Below, piece after piece: positions 18,248 to 25,459 of a DNA stretch of 32,000 bases. The position numbers and the translations under genes are program-made. The stretch comes from Promethearchaeota archaeon. Lineage in GTDB: Archaea > Asgardarchaeota > Lokiarchaeia > Sigyniarchaeales > Promethearchaeaceae. The notes below the pieces were generated by a model, which had not been told where the DNA came from, did not search any database, and saw nothing but the letters and a program-made list of their open reading frames with translations. Position 1 is the first letter of the stretch. The number at the start of each line of letters is the position of its first letter. Location: contig JAFGBS010000027.1 of assembly GCA_016933055.1 (NCBI GenBank), forward strand, positions 30,001 through 62,000. Direction: 5' to 3'.

Positions 18248-19033
18248 ATGCCAAAAGCTTTAGTTAATGACATTGAGATGCATTATGAATTGAGAGGATC
18301 GGGAAAGTCCCTTTTACTCATTCATGGTCTAGGTTCAAGCGGTCGAGATTGGGAGGATTTTGTTCAACTCTTACCAAATTTTCAAATCATAACTATTGAT
18401 TTACGGGGACATGGTCAGACTTCTAAACCCAAAGGCCCATATAGTATTAAATTATTTACACATGACATTGTCTCTCTTCTTGAATTTCTAAAAATTCAAT
18501 CCACGAATGTATTAGGGATTTCTTTAGGGGGTTCAATAGCGCTGCAAATGGCGATTGATTTTCCTGAATATGTAAAAAGTATTACTGTGATAAATGCACC
18601 AGTTGAAATACAAGTTGATTCATTTAAGATGAAAATGGAAGCCTTAAAACGATCATTGATCGTAAGATTAGTAGGAATGAAAAAGATGGGAGAAATATTA
18701 GCTACTCGATTGTTTGTTAAACCGGAACAAGAGGATCTACGTAAAATGCTAATCAGGAGGTGGGCTCAAAATGATAAAAAAGCCTATCTTGCTGCAATGC
18801 ATGCACTTATGGGTTGGAGTGTAAAAGCCCAACTTCATAAAATTAAATGTCCCTCTCTAATAATTGGATCAGATGACGATTACACTCCCTCATCAATTAA
18901 ACGTGAGTACACAGCATTAATACCAGATGCTAATTTTATTGAAATTAAAGATGCAAGGCACGCTGTATCTGCGGAAAAACCTGAAGAACTTAGTGAAATT
19001 GTACGAAATTTCATTGCAAATATGAATGCGTAA
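18248..19033 (+). CDS. Alpha/beta hydrolase (3-oxoadipate enol-lactonase-like)
   Basis: LIHGLGSS oxyanion motif, IDLRGHGQT, GISLGG nucleophile elbow, GSDDDYTP acid, ARHAV His. Confidence 0.9.
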   Translation: MPKALVNDIEMHYELRGSGKSLLLIHGLGSSGRDWEDFVQLLPNFQIITIDLRGHGQTSKPKGPYSIKLFTHDIVSLLEFLKIQSTNVLGISLGGSIALQMAIDFPEYVKSITVINAPVEIQVDSFKMKMEALKRSLIVRLVGMKKMGEILATRLFVKPEQEDLRKMLIRRWAQNDKKAYLAAMHALMGWSVKAQLHKIKCPSLIIGSDDDYTPSSIKREYTALIPDANFIEIKDARHAVSAEKPEELSEIVRNFIANMNA

Positions 19034-19095
19034 TAGATGGATAGAATAAGGTGAAAAACAAGAATTAATGATTTTATATGTAAACAATAAAAGAA

Positions 19096-20064
19096 TCACA
19101 ACGTATAACGATAATAACTAAAACTAAATGGTTTGAAGTATTTTAACCAAAATTCTCTTCCTATATTATTAACAGATTCAAAGTCTACACATAATCTCTT
19201 ATATCCGTGATCTAAAGTCCATTGAACTGCTTGTTCTAAAAGTCGTTTTCCTAAATCATGATTTCGATAACTTGGGGAAACATACAGACCCGTAATGCTT
19301 ACAGATCCAGAATCCTGCACGATAGTAGAAACATCTTCTGCATCGGATTCAATTTGAATGAAACCGATTGGTGTAGAATCATCAAATGCTAACCAAAACT
19401 TATGACCCTCCTTCTCGGCCCATTTCCGAAAATAATGGATATTGGTGGTTTCTTTATGTAAAAAAATGGGGGCTCGAGCTAAATATTGCTCAAGTTCTAA
19501 ACTTAAGGGTATGACTAAATGAAGATCACTTAGTGTTCCCACCCTTATTTCATAGTCTTCGGTGATTTTCTTATGGTCTATTGAAAATTTTCCTACATTC
19601 ACTGCACCATCTATAATATACCTTCCGAACCCTAGCCAGGCAATGGTTTCTTGAACTATCGTTTCAGCTTGATAGACACTAATCATATGGAATCGATATC
19701 CTCTGTCTATCCATGTACTTGCGATTTCTTTATACATATTATAATAGATTTCGCTATGATCGTCGTCCGCATAGTGACCCCATTCTGGAATGTAAATTGC
19801 ATTCATTCTGTCTTGGTAGGATAAAATTTGTTTTCCACAAAAATATCCTATTACATCATCATCATGGATGGTGACGACACCTGGGTAGTGTTCAATGATA
19901 TCTTGTAGAAATGCTTTCATACGCTCCTCTTTTTTAAGGGCTTCTGGTAAAAACGGCATTTTATGGAATTGTTTTAAATAACTCTTAACTGCGAGTTTGG
20001 CAACATCGTCTAAATACTCATGAGAGAAACGTACGATTTTTGTTTTGGGACGGACAACAGTCAT
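19096..20064 (-). CDS. Tandem GNAT-family N-acetyltransferase
   Basis: C-terminal GNAT with motif A LYVSPSYRNHDLGKRLLEQA...N..GREFW.K.F; degenerate N-terminal GNAT. Confidence 0.82.
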   Translation of the reverse strand: MTVVRPKTKIVRFSHEYLDDVAKLAVKSYLKQFHKMPFLPEALKKEERMKAFLQDIIEHYPGVVTIHDDDVIGYFCGKQILSYQDRMNAIYIPEWGHYADDDHSEIYYNMYKEIASTWIDRGYRFHMISVYQAETIVQETIAWLGFGRYIIDGAVNVGKFSIDHKKITEDYEIRVGTLSDLHLVIPLSLELEQYLARAPIFLHKETTNIHYFRKWAEKEGHKFWLAFDDSTPIGFIQIESDAEDVSTIVQDSGSVSITGLYVSPSYRNHDLGKRLLEQAVQWTLDHGYKRLCVDFESVNNIGREFWLKYFKPFSFSYYRYTL

Positions 20065-20090
20065 ATATTTTAAAAAATGAGAATCCAGAC

Positions 20091-20097
20091 ATTTAAA
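20091..20097 (-). promoter_or_regulatory. TATA box (TTTAAAT) of the GNAT gene
   Basis: Ends 26 nt upstream of ATG 20064 on the minus strand. Confidence 0.4.
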
Positions 20098-20253
20098 GCT
20101 ACAGAATTGAGAGCCTAAAAAATCCTTTTAAATTATTTTATAAATCCCTTTTTTTTCGGCACCATTCTCAACTTTTATCCGTTTATTTGGTATTTGAATC
20201 TTAAATACTCTCAATCAGATTAAGTGATAAGTAGTTTTATTTTCGGGTAAAAT

Positions 20254-21948
20254 ATGATGGAGTCCTCCCAACCAAACATAATCATAATATTAAATGATGA
20301 TATGGGGTATTCCGATCTTGGATGTTACGGTGGAGAAATACAGAGTCCCAATTTGGATTATCTTGCAGAAAACGGATTAAAGTTCACAGAATTCTATAAT
20401 ACGGCACGGTGTGCCCCCTCTCGTGCATCCCTATTGACGGGATTACATCCTCATCAAACGGGAATTGGTATTTTAGTATCAGATGATCGCCCTGAAGGAT
20501 ACACAGGTACTTTAAATCGAAATTGCGTTACTATCGCTGAAGTATTACAAGAAAAGGGATATCGAACCTATATGAGTGGAAAATGGCATTTATGCCACGA
20601 AATACGAAAACCAAATGATGCATGGCCTAATAAAAGAGGATTTGATCACTTTTATGGAATAATAACAGGTGCTACTCCTTATTACTGGCCACGAACTCTG
20701 GTTCGAGATAATCAAAATATCGAGAAGGAAGCAAAAATGAATCCTGATTTCTATCTAACAGATGCTATAACCAATAATGCTATTCAGTATCTCTTAGATC
20801 ATTTTAAATCTTATAAGAATTCACCATTTTTTTTGTATGTTGCTTACACAGCACCTCACTGGCCTTTACATGCAAAAGACAAAGATGTTCAAAAATATAG
20901 AGGACAATTTGATTCAGGCTGGGACAAACTCCGTCAAGAACGGTTAAAGCAAATGATAAAAAAAGGTATAATTCATCCAGATTGGTTGTTAACTCCGCGA
21001 GATTCTGGTGAAAAACCCTGGGAAGATGTTATACATAAGGATTGGGAAGCTCGGCGTATGGAGGTATATGCTGCTCAAATAGATGCCATGGATCAGGGCA
21101 TCGGGAAAATTTTGGATACTTTACAGGAACATAATCAGCTAAACAATACTTTCATCCTATTTCTGAGTGATAATGGTGGTTGCGCTGAAGAAATTCTATC
21201 TTATTATCGAGTTGGAGCTCAGCTGGGGGTATTTCCTGAAGGAAGACCACGAACAAAATATAACAAAAGAGTAAAATTCGGTAACATCACAAGAAATATA
21301 CCGGGACCAGAAGATACGTATATGAGCTATGGACGTGCTTGGGCTAATTTATCTAATACACCTTTTCGCTTGTATAAGCATTGGACGCATGAAGGAGGAA
21401 TAGCAACCCCATTTATTGTACATTATCCAGATGGAATTCCCTTTAAAGGAGAGTTACGTGCCCAACCCGCCTTTTTACCTGACATTATGGCAACAATTTT
21501 GGATTTAACAGGTGCATCCTATCCTATTTCTTATCATGGTAATGAGATTTATCCTTTGGAGGGAGTAAGTCTGATCCCGGTTTTTAATGAAAAATCACTT
21601 GGTGAGCGAAAACTTTTTTTTGAGCATGAAGGGAACGCTGCGGTTAGAGATGGAAAATGGAAATTAGTACGTAATTATCCAGGGGATTGGGAGTTATATA
21701 ATATGATGGATGACCGTACTGAGTTGCATAATATTATTCAAGAACATCCACAAAAGGCAAACGAATTGATTAGAGCTTATGAAACTTGGGCCAAAAGGGT
21801 CAGAGTCTTCCCTAGAAAACATAAATTTATTGCATCGTATGGAAAATTTATTGGATCAATTGTCTATAATATGCAAAGGAGACGGAAACTTAAAAAGATT
21901 CAATCAGACATGAAAATTTTCGAGCAATACTGGAAAAGCCATAAATAG
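20254..21948 (+). CDS. Cys-type arylsulfatase (AtsA-like)
   Basis: PNIIIILNDDMGYSDLGCYG, ARCAPSRASLLTG (CxPxR), SGKWHL, YTAPHWPLHA, DQGIGK, LSDNG, EGGIATP, RDGKWKL, ELYN. No signal peptide visible. Confidence 0.94.
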   Translation: MMESSQPNIIIILNDDMGYSDLGCYGGEIQSPNLDYLAENGLKFTEFYNTARCAPSRASLLTGLHPHQTGIGILVSDDRPEGYTGTLNRNCVTIAEVLQEKGYRTYMSGKWHLCHEIRKPNDAWPNKRGFDHFYGIITGATPYYWPRTLVRDNQNIEKEAKMNPDFYLTDAITNNAIQYLLDHFKSYKNSPFFLYVAYTAPHWPLHAKDKDVQKYRGQFDSGWDKLRQERLKQMIKKGIIHPDWLLTPRDSGEKPWEDVIHKDWEARRMEVYAAQIDAMDQGIGKILDTLQEHNQLNNTFILFLSDNGGCAEEILSYYRVGAQLGVFPEGRPRTKYNKRVKFGNITRNIPGPEDTYMSYGRAWANLSNTPFRLYKHWTHEGGIATPFIVHYPDGIPFKGELRAQPAFLPDIMATILDLTGASYPISYHGNEIYPLEGVSLIPVFNEKSLGERKLFFEHEGNAAVRDGKWKLVRNYPGDWELYNMMDDRTELHNIIQEHPQKANELIRAYETWAKRVRVFPRKHKFIASYGKFIGSIVYNMQRRRKLKKIQSDMKIFEQYWKSHK

Positions 21949-22307
21949 AATAAAATCTTATCAACTTGTTTTCAAATTTTTCGATTTTTCACATATGCCA
22001 CTCAATATATGCTTGTTTTGCATTATAAGCGACATAGCAAAGATTTTGGATAATTTTCTCGAATATTGATTAAAATTTCGTGTAAAACCATTTGTATTTC
22101 GCTGTTGGAAGAAAAATTGTCAATTACTTTCTTATTCCTACCAATTAAGTGACTTTTTTGAAAATCACTTCTTAACTTTACTTTGGATTAAGATCAAAAT
22201 TGGAAGAGGTTTCTATAACTAATTTTTATTTTTCTTCATTACAGAATTGTTAAACCACAATGGGAATACGGATTTCTATTCCGAGTTTTGTAAAATATTC
22301 CAATCTT

Positions 22308-23543
22308 TCAGATAATCTCCGAATCCTTCTTTTCTATTGGAAATAAGGTTTCAATAACAGCATTATTTCTTTGCCCTTTGTTTTCAATTTCATTAAAACT
22401 ATGCATGAAATCATATATTTCCTTTCTAGTTAGCTCCTTTTGTTCGAGATTATGCGATATATATCCCCCTTGAAGAATCTCCATCATCTCTTTGGCAAAC
22501 CAAGCTGCATTTTTCGATTCTTGTCGTTTAATGAATGCGCGAAACACATTTTCTTCCCCAGTTGAGAACAATTTATTTCCGCACGGAATTTTCTCCAATA
22601 TACCATTACGATTCTCGATTTTATAATAAATCATATTATGTTCTCTGTAGGGAAATGACATTATTGCTTTATCACCCTCGACTCTAAAATAATATCCTCG
22701 AGTTTGATCCTTGGGATAAAGCTCCTTGTTTCCCCAATATCCCTCAAACCGAGCGGTGATATCTCCATTTTCAAAATTACTGAACTTTACGTCTATAATC
22801 GCTTTATCATCAATTTCCACAGCATAGTTTCTCTGTCCGAACATTTTCCTTGTTTTCATGACGGTTCCTATATCAATTTCTCTTACAGATTCAAATTTGT
22901 AACTCAATCCAAACCAATTTCGAAATACAGAATATACGTGTGGGCATAGATCTAATAATGCCCCTCCCCCTGATATTTTAGGATTCCAGAATTGTTCTTT
23001 GTTATGAACATATAATAAAAATTCATTGCCCAGACACCCTCTAAAGGATTTGATTTTTCCCAGTCTCCCCGAATCGATAATCGTACGACCTATTTTCACT
23101 TGATTGTCATACATTCGTTGGGTATACATGAATAATGGGACTTCTTTGATATAATCATATACATCTTCAACCTCCAATAAAGTTCGAGAAGGTGGTTTTT
23201 CTAACATTATCGACTTTCCATGCTCAGCAGCAATTTTTGCATACTTCATATGAGTATCGGGAGAGGTTGCGATATCAACTCCATCTATTACATTAAAAAA
23301 TTCCTCCAAATTTGTGTATACTTTGGACTTAAGGGCTTGTTTTAACAGAACCTTGTCATTATATCCCTCGGCTTTTCTTAAATCCCGCTTTACTTTCCTG
23401 TGATACCCTTTCATTGTCTTTTTTGCGGATTTAGGAGTCCTACTATAAAATGCAGTTATTATCCCTTCGGGAGTTTTCAAAATTGCAGGGATATGTGATA
23501 ATCTAACAATCCATCCGCATCCAATCACTCCAATTCGAAACAT
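22308..23543 (-). CDS. Gfo/Idh/MocA-family NAD(P)-dependent oxidoreductase
   Basis: RIGVIGCGWI Rossmann motif, HMKYA..AAEHGKSIMLEKP, SGGGALLDLCPH, DD.A. Confidence 0.88.
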   Translation of the reverse strand: MFRIGVIGCGWIVRLSHIPAILKTPEGIITAFYSRTPKSAKKTMKGYHRKVKRDLRKAEGYNDKVLLKQALKSKVYTNLEEFFNVIDGVDIATSPDTHMKYAKIAAEHGKSIMLEKPPSRTLLEVEDVYDYIKEVPLFMYTQRMYDNQVKIGRTIIDSGRLGKIKSFRGCLGNEFLLYVHNKEQFWNPKISGGGALLDLCPHVYSVFRNWFGLSYKFESVREIDIGTVMKTRKMFGQRNYAVEIDDKAIIDVKFSNFENGDITARFEGYWGNKELYPKDQTRGYYFRVEGDKAIMSFPYREHNMIYYKIENRNGILEKIPCGNKLFSTGEENVFRAFIKRQESKNAAWFAKEMMEILQGGYISHNLEQKELTRKEIYDFMHSFNEIENKGQRNNAVIETLFPIEKKDSEII

Positions 23544-23705
23544 ATTATATAATTAATTGTTACGCTTCAAATAAATTTGGAAATAAAAAATGCTATGAGA
23601 TCTCTTATGATTTTACAAGTCAAATTATTATAGAATTTTATACTCTCGCTTATGTATGATTCTGAATCTGGTGTACGGAATATTTTTGTGGTATAATGAA
23701 ATCTA

Positions 23706-24140
23706 TTATTCCTTGTTTTCCACCCTTTTTTTGACTTCAGTCTCTATAAAATCCATGAATTCTGCAAATTGTAAATAATTCACATCAGATGAATCATTCT
23801 CTATCATTCCTTGTTTTGTAAGGAAGTAACGTGTTGTATATTTCCATACATCATCGGAAAACGTCTCGAATTCTCCGAGATGATTTTCTCTCAAACTCGT
23901 AATAAATGCAAAAACAATATCATCGGAGGATGGTTCTTTAGATTCACTCCTCCGGATCCCATTCAGTAATAATCCATCTTTTGACCATTCCGCACCGCAA
24001 TTGGCACACTGAAGCTTTTTGGCATACAATGTTTGCAAACCATCACTATATAATATCTTACTCTTATCATCCACTTCATGAATGGCTGTTCCCACGGTAT
24101 CACATTTTGGACATCGGTAAATTCGTTCATCTTCCGTCAT
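23706..24140 (-). CDS. Small protein: N-terminal C4 zinc ribbon plus acidic helical domain, function unknown
   Basis: CPKC...IHEVDDKSKILY...LYAKKLQCANCGAEW, then a predicted helical region. ATG start, protein-like composition. Confidence 0.78.
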   Translation of the reverse strand: MTEDERIYRCPKCDTVGTAIHEVDDKSKILYSDGLQTLYAKKLQCANCGAEWSKDGLLLNGIRRSESKEPSSDDIVFAFITSLRENHLGEFETFSDDVWKYTTRYFLTKQGMIENDSSDVNYLQFAEFMDFIETEVKKRVENKE

Positions 24141-24236
24141 GCTTATCTCCCGATCCTTTTAACACCCTCATTCTATTTAAGTTATCCATTCTTTAGAAAA
24201 ACTTCTCAAATACTAAAAAATGTGGAACGAAACACA

Positions 24237-25397
24237 TCATCCATTCTTTTCTCGAAATTCGTTCACGAATTTAAAAAAAGCATCCTTATAGATCAAGGGT
24301 TTTACAAGACGTGGAAGATTTCTACTCAAAGGTTCGGATGTGCGAATTACTAATAGATTCGGCCCAGGTTTAGAAAGAAATTCTCGTATTTTCGGTTTTA
24401 AGTCTTCATAGGTTTCCACAAGATCAGTCCATTTATAATTCGTACCTTTAGCAACCTTGGGGAAATCAACTGATAACGAATTGCTGGGATGGGTACCGGT
24501 GGATGCATAACATGCATTATCTATAATAATATGATACAAGTTTTCCGGTTGGTATGCACCAATTGTAGAAAGGCTGCCCATTTGCATAAGAACTGCTCCA
24601 TCTCCATCTAGCACTACCACTCGATAGTTATAGCCTATTGAAATACCAAAGGAAATTGCAGCAGCACATCCCAGTGATCCTAAATTATATATAACTTTAC
24701 CGCTTAATTCTGGATCCACACCTCTATCTTTCAAAACTGAAGCAAGGCGACGAGAGATGCGACCTGTATTTGCAACAATAACATCTTCTTCATTCAATTG
24801 ATCTAAAACTGCGTTAATGGCATCCTCACCAACTAGTTCAGAATCGCAAGACCCCGAGACTTCCCCTTGGGGATAGTATTCTTCGAAGTAATTTCTTCTA
24901 ACAATTATCGCATAAGCTGATAGACGGGAATCGATATATTCTTTCGCAGTTTTTATCACATTTTCGCATTCTAATTCGTCATCGGGTAATACTGTATGAG
25001 GGATTTCTAACACATCTAATAAATCCCTCATGATTCGACCAATCTTAATGTGTTGGGGGTCATCTAGTTCACCATCTGGTTCTCCCCGCCACCCAATTAT
25101 TAAAAGTATAGGTATTGAATATACATGCGGATCAGTTAGAGAAGTCAAAGGGTTAACACATTTTCCCAAACCTGAATTCTGCATATAAACAACTCCAGTT
25201 TTCTTGGAGGGTGATCCTAAGTGATATCCCGCAGAAATTGCAATTGCCTCACATTCATTACAAGCTCTTACATGAGTTATATCTTCCGTGTTGTGATTTA
25301 AATAATTCACCACGTAGGTGAGTGTGGTTCCGGGTACACCGGTAAAAAAAGTAAACTCATGCTTTTTGAGTAGCTCCATAAAAGCTGGAACATCCAT
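24237..25397 (-). CDS. ThDP-dependent decarboxylase, fused alpha/beta, phosphonopyruvate/sulfopyruvate decarboxylase family (divergent)
   Basis: FFTGVP, NECEAIAISAG, YMQNSGLG, VYSIPILLIIGWRGEP, DPQH; ThDP motif DGDGAVLM...IIIDN. Confidence 0.85.
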   Translation of the reverse strand: MDVPAFMELLKKHEFTFFTGVPGTTLTYVVNYLNHNTEDITHVRACNECEAIAISAGYHLGSPSKKTGVVYMQNSGLGKCVNPLTSLTDPHVYSIPILLIIGWRGEPDGELDDPQHIKIGRIMRDLLDVLEIPHTVLPDDELECENVIKTAKEYIDSRLSAYAIIVRRNYFEEYYPQGEVSGSCDSELVGEDAINAVLDQLNEEDVIVANTGRISRRLASVLKDRGVDPELSGKVIYNLGSLGCAAAISFGISIGYNYRVVVLDGDGAVLMQMGSLSTIGAYQPENLYHIIIDNACYASTGTHPSNSLSVDFPKVAKGTNYKWTDLVETYEDLKPKIREFLSKPGPNLLVIRTSEPLSRNLPRLVKPLIYKDAFFKFVNEFREKNG

Positions 25398-25459
25398 ACA
25401 TGGGTGCTATTTTTTCATGGTTTTATTTTTTTCTTATTCCCATTCTCGAAAAGGTGATG

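Noticed and set aside
22147-22170. Imperfect hairpin AAGTGACTTTTTTGAAAATCACTT between convergent genes
   Set aside because: Weak AT-rich stem with a bulge, 140-200 nt from either stop; it cannot be distinguished from chance.
21949-22307. Possible decayed ORF in the sulfatase/oxidoreductase gap
   Set aside because: Short open stretches on the minus strand carry no recognisable motif.
24237-25397. Phosphonate biosynthesis cluster
   Set aside because: No PEP mutase (EDKxxxxxNS motif) or other phosphonate genes are in the window, and several Ppd motifs are altered.
24248-25451. TTCTCGAAA present near both ends of the decarboxylase gene as a target-site duplication
   Set aside because: One copy is inside the coding sequence, there are no terminal inverted repeats or transposase, and a 9-mer match is plausible by chance.
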